Shown in pieces: positions 53,106 through 63,615 of a stretch of 64,000 nt of DNA. The translations under genes and the position numbers were made by a program. Source of the DNA: Nostoc sp. DedSLP01. Lineage in GTDB: Bacteria; Cyanobacteriota; Cyanobacteriia; Cyanobacteriales; Nostocaceae. Positions within the stretch are counted from its first letter, which is position 1. Each line of letters begins with the position of its first letter. Location: assembly GCA_034530875.2 (NCBI GenBank), contig JAVRCJ020000004.1:192001-256000 (forward strand). Reading direction: 5' to 3'. The notes under the pieces are model-generated. The model saw only the letters and a list, made by a program, of their open reading frames with translations. It did not search any database and was not told the DNA's origin.

Positions 53106-53543
53106 CTAATGACCAACAAATACATCCCAAAATAACATTAGAGAAATCAACAACAACATCACGCCTGCTGATTTTTCTACAGTTTTCGGGCTGAGTCGGT
53201 TGGCTATCCAACTACCTAAAAGTACGCCTAATAAACTGGTGCTTATCAGGGCGGCCGCAGAGCCGATAAATACTATCCAGGGTGAATGAGATTCCGCACT
53301 CATTAATAGTGTCGATAGCTGAGTCTTATCTCCAATTTCTGCTAAAAAGATGGTGATAAAGGTTGTCCCAAAAACTACTAGCGCTGATTCCCGTTTTTGA
53401 GGACTCTTAGCAACTACAGGCTGAACTGGCTGAGTAATCGTAGCAGTTAAGTTCAAATCAGTGCTATCTTTCAGTTCTAGCTCGATCTCAGATGAAGATA
53501 TGGCAGAAACGCCTAAAGGTGCAGAGTCTAGTTTCACAGGCAA
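53106..53543 (-). CDS. UPF0016/GDT1 half-size protein (Hmx1-like Mn transport)
   Basis: EIGDKTQ motif, three TM segments. Confidence 0.85.
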   Translation of the reverse strand: MPVKLDSAPLGVSAISSSEIELELKDSTDLNLTATITQPVQPVVAKSPQKRESALVVFGTTFITIFLAEIGDKTQLSTLLMSAESHSPWIVFIGSAAALISTSLLGVLLGSWIANRLSPKTVEKSAGVMLLLISLMLFWDVFVGH

Positions 53544-53637
53544 TAGTTTTGTTTCTAGGTTGTTTTCATATTTCTATCATATTCTCAGATTGTTGTAATA
53601 AATTGCAACTCCACATAAAAAAAAGCCGATCGAAGTG

Positions 53638-53988
53638 TCAAAGCCCGACAGCTTTATCGAAGCGTAGTATCTCTAAACTGCGATCGCCGTATACTCCTTC
53701 TATTTGCTGACGACAGCAGTCAATGGCAAAATCATTGAGTTCTTCTGGTTCAATCCCATACATGTCTTCAAAGATTTCTGACTCCACGCGGCAGAAGCGC
53801 GGACGGTTGGTGTAGATACGGCACTCCCGCGTAGCATGGTCAAAATTAATGCACCATCCTCCTTCACCTACCATACTGAGATAAAGTTCTAGTTCTGGCG
53901 GTGAGAGATACTCATCCAAATCTGGACGCTCTGCGGGATCGAGATGACAGCAGGCTCCACATTGCTTTACACATTGCCAATTTGACAT
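53638..53988 (-). CDS. YkgJ family cysteine cluster protein
   Basis: CVKQCGACC...C......CRIYTNRPRFCR...CC. Confidence 0.88.
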   Translation of the reverse strand: MSNWQCVKQCGACCHLDPAERPDLDEYLSPPELELYLSMVGEGGWCINFDHATRECRIYTNRPRFCRVESEIFEDMYGIEPEELNDFAIDCCRQQIEGVYGDRSLEILRFDKAVGL

Positions 53989-54241
53989 ATAGGGTTAGGG
54001 ATTGGAATTGGTGATTGGGCATTGGCCAAACACAGCATTGGTATTGAGTATTATAAAGTACTATTTTTAATCTTATTCCCCAGTCCCTAGTCCCCAATCC
54101 GCGATACCTCACATTTTATGTTTTTTCTTGTAATTTTGTTAAGTAAATTAAATCCTGCTGCCCGCGGCCAGATATGATCGATCGCGGGTTTCCTAACTAA
54201 GTTATTGAATTTTTTAAACAGTTAGCAGGAGAAGAGAAAAA

Positions 54242-54385
54242 ATGTTTGACGCTGTGGGTGATTTATTTAACGCTTTTACCAGCATCAATTGGGAAGTTAT
54301 TTTCCAATTACTGTCCGTAGCGCTAATCGTGATTGCTGGGCCAGCGGTAATCTTTGTGCTGGCATTTCGTAACGGTAACCTTTAA
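54242..54385 (+). CDS. psb30: Photosystem II protein Psb30/Ycf12 (below ORF-track cutoff)
   Basis: [52 protein letters not shown] upstream. Confidence 0.93.
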   Translation: MFDAVGDLFNAFTSINWEVIFQLLSVALIVIAGPAVIFVLAFRNGNL

Positions 54386-54470
54386 GAGTTCACAGTGCTG
54401 AGTGCTGAGTGCTGAGTACAAGAAAATTTGGGAATTTAAAACGCATAACTCAAAACTTAAAACTCAGAAC

Positions 54471-56570
54471 TCATAACTCAGCACTAGGTACTGATAATGC
54501 TTGAAGGGCTGCCTGGATAATACCCTCATACTGTGGTTGAGAAATATCAACTTCTTTAGCGTCTTGACGATTAGTACCAAGCAAACCATTTAGTTTTCCT
54601 GGTTGCATAGCTAAGACTTTGCCTTCAGGATTTTTAATTCTTAATTCTGCTGCCAAGCCATTTTTATAGAAACCACAAGTATACTGTCGCTGCTTGTATT
54701 CAAAAGTGGTGCTTGAAGAGGTAGGCGGCGAAACAAATAATTTCTCCAGCACAATTGGTAATCTCGCACCAACTAACTCTAACTCGATGCTGGTGTTACC
54801 GTTAAAGTGATTCTCTCGCAGTTTATAAGCAACATCAACTCGTGATGGTAGACGGAAGTAATCGCGCCAACGCCAAGCGATCGCTTTAATTTTATACTGT
54901 TGACCGTTAACAGTTTGACCAAGTGTCAGTTTAATGTGACCCTTGCCAACGATTTGTTGTTCGACTATTTGCACGTTAGGCGTCCAGAAGATGGGATCGG
55001 GATTGTCGATACCGCAAGGATGGAGAGCGTTAAGCTGTTGATAAAGCTGCCGGTCGATTTGATTTAGGTTGACTTCGGCATCAATTTTCAGCAGAGGTTT
55101 GAGATGTTGTGGTTCAAGACAATTATTGGCAAATTCAATCAAACGCGATCGCAACGCCTGTAAATTTTCTGCTGATAAAGAAAATCCACCGGCTGCTTTA
55201 TGTCCGCCAAATTTGCCTAGTAAATCGTGACAAGCTTCTAAAGCTGCAAACACGTTAAACTCTGGAATTCCTCGTGCGGAACCGCGTATGTGTTGTTCAT
55301 CTTCATAAGTACCAATGAACACAGGCACGCCGTAGCGTTCCACCAAACGAGAAGCGACAATACCGATAACGCCGTGATGCCAATTGGGTTGCACAACAAC
55401 TAATACACGGTCTTGCTGTAGAGACATAATATAGTGCGTTTCGACAACAGCGATCGCTTCTTGTTCAATTTGCTCGCACATCTGCTGGCGACTAACATTT
55501 ATTTGTTCGCACTGCATTGCTCTTTCCAGCGCCACCCCCATATCATCTGTAGTTAGCAGTTCAATCACAGTCTGGGGGTTACCTATCCGACCAATGGCAT
55601 TAATTCGCGGCCCTAAACGAAAGCCGATATCCTCAGGCTTCAAGGATTTTGAATTTTGGATTTTGGATTTTGGATTAGCAATTTTCTCCCCTGCTCCTTC
55701 ATCTTCCCTCGCCTGGACTCCAGCTACTTGAATTAATGCCTGAACTCCAGCTAAGTTTGATTTCGGTAAATGCTGTAAACCGCGTTTTACCCAGCGGCGA
55801 TTGACGCCAGTTAAGGGAGCTAAATCTGCGATCGTTCCCAGTGTAAAGAGTGCTAGCATCGGTTTAATTAAGCCTTTGGTTTCACCTAGCTGTTGTGCTA
55901 GAGACACTGCCAAAATATAGGCAACACCAACACCAGCAACACCCCGATAAGGTGAGGATTCTGCTATGAGTTTGGGGTTGAGGATAGCATTTGCTGGCGG
56001 TAGTTTTTGAGGAATGTCGTGGTGGTCGGTGATAATAACTGCAAGACCGAGTTCTCTAGCTCTAGCTACTGGGTCAAATGCAGAGATGCCATTGTCTACA
56101 GTGAGAATTAACCCTACACCTTCGCTATGAAATTCTTCAACTATACGTTTATTAATACCGTAGCCTTCGTGCATCCGGCTGGGAATAGCATAATCTACTT
56201 GTGCGCCTAAAGTGCGGAGACTACGCAAAAGTAAAGCAGTACTAGTCATGCCATCAGCATCGTAGTCACCACAAATAGCAATTTTTGTTTGAGAGGCGAT
56301 CGCATTTTGCAATAACTCCACGCTAATCGCCAAATCTGGAAATTCCTCCAAGGGTGAAGGTAAAACTAAAGACTCTGGTTCTAAAAATTCTCTTGCTGCT
56401 TGTGGCGTTTCGATACCGCGATTAATTAACAGCTGGCTGATGATGGGTGAAAGATTAGTCTCAATCGCTAGCTTTTGAGCTACTTGAGTTTGTTGCGGAT
56501 AAATCTGCCAACGCTGATTGGGTAGGGATCTGGTTTGTTTTAACGATTCAGTTAAAGGTCGGTCTGACAC
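54471..56570 (-). CDS. recJ: Single-stranded DNA exonuclease RecJ
   Basis: GDYDADG, TVDNG, TDHH, GTIAD, PRINA, GSARG, FGGHKAAGG. Confidence 0.95.
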   Translation of the reverse strand: MSDRPLTESLKQTRSLPNQRWQIYPQQTQVAQKLAIETNLSPIISQLLINRGIETPQAAREFLEPESLVLPSPLEEFPDLAISVELLQNAIASQTKIAICGDYDADGMTSTALLLRSLRTLGAQVDYAIPSRMHEGYGINKRIVEEFHSEGVGLILTVDNGISAFDPVARARELGLAVIITDHHDIPQKLPPANAILNPKLIAESSPYRGVAGVGVAYILAVSLAQQLGETKGLIKPMLALFTLGTIADLAPLTGVNRRWVKRGLQHLPKSNLAGVQALIQVAGVQAREDEGAGEKIANPKSKIQNSKSLKPEDIGFRLGPRINAIGRIGNPQTVIELLTTDDMGVALERAMQCEQINVSRQQMCEQIEQEAIAVVETHYIMSLQQDRVLVVVQPNWHHGVIGIVASRLVERYGVPVFIGTYEDEQHIRGSARGIPEFNVFAALEACHDLLGKFGGHKAAGGFSLSAENLQALRSRLIEFANNCLEPQHLKPLLKIDAEVNLNQIDRQLYQQLNALHPCGIDNPDPIFWTPNVQIVEQQIVGKGHIKLTLGQTVNGQQYKIKAIAWRWRDYFRLPSRVDVAYKLRENHFNGNTSIELELVGARLPIVLEKLFVSPPTSSSTTFEYKQRQYTCGFYKNGLAAELRIKNPEGKVLAMQPGKLNGLLGTNRQDAKEVDISQPQYEGIIQAALQALSVPSAEL

Positions 56571-57292
56571 AATTAAATCTTAGAAGTTTCCATTCTGATA
56601 ATAGCGATGCCTGCGGCGCGCTACGCCTACGCCTCTATCGCTTTTACCAAAACCCATCTTCGGCACAATGCCCAAAAATTTTACAATTCTTATAAGTATT
56701 TTTACTCTAGTATTTTTATAACTTTAATCTACCAAACTTTACAAAAAGCAGAAAATAGTATCTATCTTAGGTTTGATTATTAAGACTGACTTTAATATTA
56801 TTTATAATTTTATCTTTTTTAGCGTCATAAAACGAGAAAAATAACATCTATCTTGAGTCTAATTGTGAAAATTTTATTTTTATTTTATTTTTATTACAAC
56901 AATGTTAAAAGTTTTTATGTAACTAAACAATTATATTGAAAACGCAACTTAGTTAAGAACTAGGTGCGAAATACGTTACATAACTTAATTTTTTTTAAAT
57001 GCATCTAGATTGCTATTGCTTGAAATAGTAATTGTTGCACTGATAGCAGGTAACAGGGAACAGGGAACAGACTTGAATATCTCTTTGTGTCTGGGTTTTA
57101 CAGTCATCTAGCTTATTGCTTGAACTGCTATGTATGCAGTTTGCAAGTAAATAAAGTGCAGAACGTAGAACTCAAAGTCATATATTTACAGTGCTTTACT
57201 TCTGAGTGTTGACTCGGAAAATTGTGCTGTAAATAGAGGCTTGTATCAAGAAAAAATCCTTTGCAAACAACAAATCCAGGGTTTAAAAACTA

Positions 57293-57856
57293 ATGATGAA
57301 TAAGAGTAATAACCAGTCTAATTCTAGGACTCATGTTGCACCTAAACTAGAAGCATCTTTGATTAGAACCTTTCTTCAAGAATCAGAAGGAAATTGGTCT
57401 TCTGAACGACGCTATTATGCCTTACCGAATGGCAAAGTTAAGGAAATAAAAAAAACAGTCGCGATGCGGTTTCTAGAAGGAGGAAGCCCGGAATTAGCTG
57501 AACTAGCAAAACTGCACGAATTGGATGAAAATGCTGTAATGAGTTGTGGTTCTTACGTCGAGTGGAACAGTGTAGATACAACAACAGGTGAAGAAGGTTC
57601 TAAACGTTGGACAGTGCTTGGTTCCTTAGGAACAACTATGTATTTTGGTCGTAATTTTCCGATACCTAAGCTAGTAGTGGCTGAATATTATTTTCGAGAT
57701 CCCAAAACCATATATTTGTGGACGCATGAAAACGGCGCTCTTTTCGAGGAAGAATTAAAAATGGTTGGTAGAAATTATCGTACCCGACAAACTGTTATTT
57801 CTCGTGGTGGCGTGCAACAGATGATTGCTCAATATATGGAAAAGCTGATTGCATAA
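57293..57856 (+). CDS. CpcS-superfamily bilin lyase-like protein (CpcV-like)
   Basis: SEGNWSSERRYY, FEEELK.VG..YRTRQT.ISR.G...MI.QY.EK. Confidence 0.75.
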   Translation: MMNKSNNQSNSRTHVAPKLEASLIRTFLQESEGNWSSERRYYALPNGKVKEIKKTVAMRFLEGGSPELAELAKLHELDENAVMSCGSYVEWNSVDTTTGEEGSKRWTVLGSLGTTMYFGRNFPIPKLVVAEYYFRDPKTIYLWTHENGALFEEELKMVGRNYRTRQTVISRGGVQQMIAQYMEKLIA

Positions 57857-57911
57857 CTTATCAGCTTTCTGGGATTTAGGGTTTATTTTTAGTATTTTGG
57901 AGTTTTTAGTT

Positions 57912-57947
57912 ATGAGTTATGAAAGTAAAATTTGTTTCATAACTCAT
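57912..57947. terminator. Bidirectional hairpin
   Basis: ATGAGTTATGAAA...TTTCATAACTCAT between convergent genes. Confidence 0.6.
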
Positions 57948-57952
57948 CATTT

Positions 57953-58378
57953 CTAAAGCACGTTGATTCTACCATCATCCATAATATACAAGGAGCGATC
58001 GCCAGGAGAACGCCAAGTTGGACGCAGTTCCAGCCGCAGCGTGCCAAAGTCGGGTTTTGAGACAATTGCTTGTAATGACAAACCCGTTTCGCTCCAAAAT
58101 ATTAAAGATGTATTCGGCTCTGTACCTTCTATTTGTTCTAAATTTAATTTCTGTCCTGGACTCAAAGATATTGCATCAGTCGCGGAGGGTTTTTGGACTT
58201 TAATTAAATTCGGCGTGCTATTTACAACTTGAACTCGGATGTGTTGTCCCGGAGTAAACTGAATTGGACGGGAACCACATTTAGAGGCACATGTTCCAGC
58301 TAATGTACTAGTGGGGTTATTAATAGATGCCGTGAGAACGGTAACTGCAATTAAAGCAAAAGACAGAGGCTTAAACAT
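57953..58378 (-). CDS. Secreted hypothetical protein
   Basis: Signal peptide, CASKC, beta-rich mature region. Confidence 0.75.
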   Translation of the reverse strand: MFKPLSFALIAVTVLTASINNPTSTLAGTCASKCGSRPIQFTPGQHIRVQVVNSTPNLIKVQKPSATDAISLSPGQKLNLEQIEGTEPNTSLIFWSETGLSLQAIVSKPDFGTLRLELRPTWRSPGDRSLYIMDDGRINVL

Positions 58379-58580
58379 GATACACAGTATAAGTACTTAA
58401 CTAAAATTTTACTCTTAGTTAAGTACTCTAAGCCTCAGCATATTTTCCAGAATTACAGCAGAACTCACAATTCAGGAGTCAGAATTGATATCAGTCGTCA
58501 GAATTCAGTTGGATATTCTGTATGGCTGGTGTCTACTAATTGATTTTGATCCCTCAATTGTGAATTCTGAATTCTTATTT

Positions 58581-59408
58581 TTAACCAAAACGTCCGCTGA
58601 TATAGTCCTCCGCTTCTCTAGTTTGAGGAGAATTAAACATTTGCAGCGTAGGACTGAACTCGACTAATTTTCCGCGGCGTTTGCCATGTTCGTCAATTTC
58701 TGTATTGAAGAACGCGGTGAAATCTGCAACTCTAGAAGCTTGCTGCATGTTGTGAGTCACCATAACGATAGTATATTGCTCCTTGAGTTCTAAGCACAAT
58801 TCTTCTACTTGACGGCTAGAAATCGGGTCGAGAGCAGAGCATGGTTCATCCATTAATAATACATCTGGCTTCATAGCGATCGCTCTGGCAATACAAAGCC
58901 GTTGCTGTTGTCCGCCAGATAATGCAGTACCCTTTTCTTTGAGTTTGTCTTTGACTTCATCCCAGATAGCGGCGCGTCTGAGGGAATTTTCTACCAATTC
59001 ATCGATATTACCTTTATAACCGTTAGAACGCGGGCCAAAAGCAATATTTTCGTATATTGACTTGGGGAAAGGATTCGGTCTTTGAAAAACCATTCCCACT
59101 TGACGGCGTAATTTTACAGAATTAATATTGGGGTCGTAAATATTGCGATCGCGATAATTCAATCTACCTTCTACCTTCGCTCCAGGGATTAAATCATTCA
59201 TTCTATTGAAGCAACGCAGTAAGGTACTTTTACCGCATCCTGAAGGGCCAATAAAAGCAATAATTTGTTTTTCTGGAATCTTCAAATAGACATCTAAAAG
59301 TGCCAGGAATCCGCCATAGTATACTTTTACTCCTTCAGCATTAAATACTGTATTTGTTTGTTCTAGTGTGGCGCTATCTCGTTGATTTCTGCTATTGCTA
59401 TAGGTCAT
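58581..59408 (-). CDS. pstB: PstB-type ABC ATPase
   Basis: [50 protein letters not shown] at 59408 likely. Confidence 0.9.
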   Translation of the reverse strand: MTYSNSRNQRDSATLEQTNTVFNAEGVKVYYGGFLALLDVYLKIPEKQIIAFIGPSGCGKSTLLRCFNRMNDLIPGAKVEGRLNYRDRNIYDPNINSVKLRRQVGMVFQRPNPFPKSIYENIAFGPRSNGYKGNIDELVENSLRRAAIWDEVKDKLKEKGTALSGGQQQRLCIARAIAMKPDVLLMDEPCSALDPISSRQVEELCLELKEQYTIVMVTHNMQQASRVADFTAFFNTEIDEHGKRRGKLVEFSPTLQMFNSPQTREAEDYISGRFG

Positions 59409-59489
59409 TTTGTGTATCTCCAAATCCTCAAAAAAATTAGCCAATTAGCTTTCAATTATCTTTATCAATGCTGAATTATTACCATTTAT

Positions 59490-60389
59490 TTAATGTGTAG
59501 AGAAGCGTTGTCTGATATAAATTGCCACACCATTTAACGCTAAAATCAACAATAACAACGCAATAATTGTGGCTGCTGCTGCATCAGCAAAACCTGGTTC
59601 CGGACGAGTAATATAACTGTAAATTTGAATGGGTAATGCCATAAACCTTTGAAACAAACCAGGATCGAAGGTGAGAAAACCCACAGCACCTACAACAATT
59701 AGAGAAGCTGCATCACCAATAGCACGGGATACAGAAATAATTACTCCAGTCAAAATACCAGGAATTGCATAGGGTATGACATGACTGCTAATAGTTCGCC
59801 ATTTGGTTACGCCTAAGCCATAAGAAGCATTTCGCAAGGAATCTGGGACAGCGCGAATTGCTTCTCTAGCCGTCACAATGATTACTGGTAAAGACAATAA
59901 AGATAAAGTCAATGCACCAGAAATCAAAGCGGGGCCAAATCCCAGCAAATAATTGAAAACTCCTAAACCCAGCAATCCATAAACTATAGAAGGTACACCC
60001 GCTAGATTGCTAATGTTAATTTCAATAATTGCTGTCCACCAAGCTTTAGGTGCGTATTCTTCGAGATATAAAGCTGCTCCCACACCAACTGGAACAGTTA
60101 CTAAAATAACAAGTATTCCTAAAAGAATACTACTAATAATAGCAGGACGAATGCCACCTTGGTCGGGGAAACGAGAAGGCGTTTCTGTAAGAAAGCCAGG
60201 TGATAAAAATCTGCCTAATCCATCTCGGAGAATATCAAAAAGTAACAATGCTAGGATAAATAAACCAACAAGTAATCCTAATAAAAAAATGAATTCAAAT
60301 ATCTTTCCTAGCGTTTCTCTCTTCTCAACATTGTCAGTAAATTCTGCTGCCGAATCCCAAGACTCATCTCTTTGATAACTTGTAGCCAT
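59490..60389 (-). CDS. pstA: PstA-type permease
   Basis: NLAGVPSIVYGLLG, EAIRAVP, SRAIGDAA (GETAP altered). Confidence 0.88.
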   Translation of the reverse strand: MATSYQRDESWDSAAEFTDNVEKRETLGKIFEFIFLLGLLVGLFILALLLFDILRDGLGRFLSPGFLTETPSRFPDQGGIRPAIISSILLGILVILVTVPVGVGAALYLEEYAPKAWWTAIIEINISNLAGVPSIVYGLLGLGVFNYLLGFGPALISGALTLSLLSLPVIIVTAREAIRAVPDSLRNASYGLGVTKWRTISSHVIPYAIPGILTGVIISVSRAIGDAASLIVVGAVGFLTFDPGLFQRFMALPIQIYSYITRPEPGFADAAAATIIALLLLILALNGVAIYIRQRFSTH

Positions 60390-60394
60390 GCTTA

Positions 60395-61336
60395 TTACTC
60401 GTATTTTTCTTTAAAGCGATTAGCAATCCAATAACTAACAATATTTAAAATTAGTGTAATTACAAACAACACAGCGCCCACAGCATATAATGTGTTGAAA
60501 TTGAGACTGCCACGCGGACTGTCTCCACCAGAAATTTGTGCCATGTAAGCTGTCATTGTTTCTATTGATTCTGCAAAATTAATCGTCAGTTTGGGTTGTT
60601 GTCCAGCAGCAATTAGTACTGTCATTGTTTCACCAACCGCACGAGAAATACCCAAAATAATTGAAGCGATAATTCCAGAAAGTGCTGCTGGGAGGACTAC
60701 TTTAAAGATGGTTTCCAGTTTAGTGATACCAATGGCATAAGCTCCTTCTCTTAAAGAACGTGGAACAGATCGAATCGCATCTAAGCTAATAGAACCAACT
60801 GTAGGAGTAATCATTACGCCCATCATTAATCCGGCACTTAAGGCGTTGAAGATTTCTAAAGGGATCAAATTTCGGAGTAATGGCGTCACGAATAATAATG
60901 CAAAATATCCATAGACTACCGTTGGCACTCCTGCTAACAGTTCTACTGCCGGACGTAAAATTGCTGCTACTTTCGGTTGAGCATATTCACTCAAATAAAT
61001 GGCGGAGGACAAGCCTAAAGGAATAGCCACTGCCATAGCGATCGCAGTAGTCAACAAAGTACCATTAATCAAAGGCCAGATACCAAAATGTTTCTCTGCA
61101 AATAGAGGCGTCCACTTAGTATCGAGAAAGAATTGAGCAAAGGAAACTTCTTTAAAAAAAGCAAATGTCTCCTGAAAGATAATTACGACAATACCAAAGG
61201 TAGTCAAAACCGAAACTAAAGCACAAGCAAATAAAATCGCCGCCACAATTTTTTCTGAGATATCTTCAGATGCATTTTTCTCTAGTGACTGTCTAGATAA
61301 TAAATAAGGATCTTCTTGAAAATTCTGATTTGCCAT
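60395..61336 (-). CDS. pstC: PstC-type permease
   Basis: ELLAGVPTVVYG, SRAVGETM. Confidence 0.9.
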   Translation of the reverse strand: MANQNFQEDPYLLSRQSLEKNASEDISEKIVAAILFACALVSVLTTFGIVVIIFQETFAFFKEVSFAQFFLDTKWTPLFAEKHFGIWPLINGTLLTTAIAMAVAIPLGLSSAIYLSEYAQPKVAAILRPAVELLAGVPTVVYGYFALLFVTPLLRNLIPLEIFNALSAGLMMGVMITPTVGSISLDAIRSVPRSLREGAYAIGITKLETIFKVVLPAALSGIIASIILGISRAVGETMTVLIAAGQQPKLTINFAESIETMTAYMAQISGGDSPRGSLNFNTLYAVGAVLFVITLILNIVSYWIANRFKEKYE

Positions 61337-61350
61337 AAATAGTAGTTTAT

Positions 61351-62352
61351 TTAAATAAACTTTGTAATCGGTTCGCCAGGTTTGGCTTTTTTAAATTTTG
61401 TCCCAGTTTCACCCCTATTAAATTTTTCTTTGGTTTTGATATATGCTTCATCAGGTAATGCAACATAACCAACGCTATCTACCCATTTCCAAGAATTGTC
61501 TAGATAAAAATCTACAAATTCTTTCACTGCTGGTTTAGTATCTAAGGATTTTTTACTCACATAGATAAATAGAGGTCGAGATAAAGGTGTGTAGATATTT
61601 TTAATCACATTATCCACAGGAACTGGTTTTTGACATTTTCCTAAAGGACTTTCTACACCAACTAAATTCAGTTTTTCTTGGTTTTGAATGTAGTAAGATA
61701 TACCCACATAGCCTAATGAAAATTCATCTCCTGATACACCTTGTACCAGCAAATTTTGATTGTGGCTGGGAGTGTAGTCTGTACGGCCGTTCTTAGCTTT
61801 GCCAGTCACAGCTTGAGTCATATAATCAAACGTCCCAGTATCAGAAGCCGGAGCATACAGCTTAAGTTTTTGATTAGGAAATTTGGGATTTACTTGATTC
61901 CAACTTAATATTTTGCTGTCTGATTTAGCACTCCAAATCTTGTCTAATTCTTTAATAGTTAGACATTTAGCAAAGTTATTTTTACGATTGGCAATCACGG
62001 CAATGCCATCCAAAGCTATAGGCAATTCAACAAAGTCAATATTCTTACTTTGACATTTCTTAATTTCTTCATCTCTAATGGTACGAGAAGCACCAGCTAT
62101 ATCAATATCACCATTACAAAATTTACTGAAACCGCCACCAGTACCACTTGAGGCTACACTCACTTTAGCTTCGGGTTTGCTTTTGCCATATTCTTCTGCA
62201 ACTGCTAAAGAAATAGGAAAACCTACAGCGGCACCATCAATACTTACTTGACTTTTCAATTCTTGTCCGCTGTTACAAGCACTAAGACTACCGACAAGAA
62301 GCGTTATAGAAGTTAGCAAGAGGCTATTTTTGAATCGGTGACGAAAGGTCAT
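61351..62352 (-). CDS. PstS-family binding lipoprotein with atypical binding motifs
   Basis: LSAC lipobox, SGTGGGF.KFC.G.IDI..ASR, YTPLSRPLFIYV; GSST replaced by GAAV. Confidence 0.85.
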   Translation of the reverse strand: MTFRHRFKNSLLLTSITLLVGSLSACNSGQELKSQVSIDGAAVGFPISLAVAEEYGKSKPEAKVSVASSGTGGGFSKFCNGDIDIAGASRTIRDEEIKKCQSKNIDFVELPIALDGIAVIANRKNNFAKCLTIKELDKIWSAKSDSKILSWNQVNPKFPNQKLKLYAPASDTGTFDYMTQAVTGKAKNGRTDYTPSHNQNLLVQGVSGDEFSLGYVGISYYIQNQEKLNLVGVESPLGKCQKPVPVDNVIKNIYTPLSRPLFIYVSKKSLDTKPAVKEFVDFYLDNSWKWVDSVGYVALPDEAYIKTKEKFNRGETGTKFKKAKPGEPITKFI

Positions 62353-62439
62353 AAATTATCAATTGAGGTAAAGTAACACAAGATGCCTGATAGTGTTTAT
62401 CTATTTGCATCTAGAAAATACTGCACTAAAAACTAATAC

Positions 62440-63597
62440 TTATGCTTTTTTGCCAGCTACAGCTTTATCAAAAATCGCGCCATCTCCAAAAAACTTTTTC
62501 TCGATATTATCCCAGCCGCCTAAATCTTGAGACGTAAATAATGTATCTACTTGCGGATATTCAGATAATACTTCTTGGGAAACAATGGGGTTAACAGGAC
62601 GATACTGTAATTTAGCAAATTCTCGTTGAGCTTCTGTTGAATAAAGGTAATCAACAAATGCTTGTGCAACTTTTCTTGTCCCGTGCTTATCAACGTTTTT
62701 ATCAACTACAGCTACAGGATTATCAATAGAAATATTGAGTTTTGGTACTACATAAGGGAGTTTTTTTCCAGCCTTTTCTGCCAAAATTACCTCATTTTCG
62801 TAGGTAATTAAGACGTCTCCTTGACCTTTTTGGAAAAACAAATCGCTAGCTTCACGAGCATCTTTTGCTAGTGGAGGAGTGTTTTTATAGACTTTGGTGA
62901 CATAATCTAATGCTGTTGTTTCGTCACCTCCGGCTTGAGTCACCGAACCCCATAAAGCTAAGAATTCCCAAATAGCAATACCAGAGGTTTTTGGGTTAGC
63001 TGCAATCAGTGTCACCCCATCTTTTGTTAAGTCTTGCCAAGTATAGATATTTTTGGGATTACCTTCGCGAGTGACGATAGTAGCAACAGATCTGCTGACG
63101 ATACCATTTCTAGGAGATTTGATTTCCCAACCTGGTTTAATTAAACCTGCTTGTTGAATTTTATTTACATCCAGAGGAAGCGCTAAATGTACGATATCTG
63201 CTTCTTGAGAACCGTCAATAACAGCAGCAGTTTGAGCGCCAGAACCTCCATAACTTTGTTCAAATATGATGTTTTGGTTGTGTTCTTGCTTCCACTTTTC
63301 GACAAATTTTGGAATTATTTGGTCGTGAGCTGCTTTAGTAACGGAAAAAGAAACCAGCCTCAGCTTGAGATCGGCATTATTAGCGGAACTGCTTCCCGAA
63401 CAGGAGGCAACCAACATGCTCAAAACAGCACCTATGAGTAACAAACTTGCGAAACTCTGGATAGTACGTCCATTCAGCCAATTTCTAATTCGGCGTTGGT
63501 ACGAAAATTTCATAAGTTCCAAAGTTTTCTTGCGAGAATTCTGCATTACTTGAGCTAGGTATTTCCCTATTTCTGTCCGTTGTTGCGGCTTGCTCAT
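62440..63597 (-). CDS. Sulfate/thiosulfate-binding protein (Sbp/CysP) paralog
   Basis: QSYGGSG.Q, REGNPKNI..W.DL, ANPKTSG, GDVLITYENE; start may be internal. Confidence 0.88.
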   Translation of the reverse strand: MSKPQQRTEIGKYLAQVMQNSRKKTLELMKFSYQRRIRNWLNGRTIQSFASLLLIGAVLSMLVASCSGSSSANNADLKLRLVSFSVTKAAHDQIIPKFVEKWKQEHNQNIIFEQSYGGSGAQTAAVIDGSQEADIVHLALPLDVNKIQQAGLIKPGWEIKSPRNGIVSRSVATIVTREGNPKNIYTWQDLTKDGVTLIAANPKTSGIAIWEFLALWGSVTQAGGDETTALDYVTKVYKNTPPLAKDAREASDLFFQKGQGDVLITYENEVILAEKAGKKLPYVVPKLNISIDNPVAVVDKNVDKHGTRKVAQAFVDYLYSTEAQREFAKLQYRPVNPIVSQEVLSEYPQVDTLFTSQDLGGWDNIEKKFFGDGAIFDKAVAGKKA

Positions 63598-63615
63598 TCA
63601 AATCACCCCTAAAAC

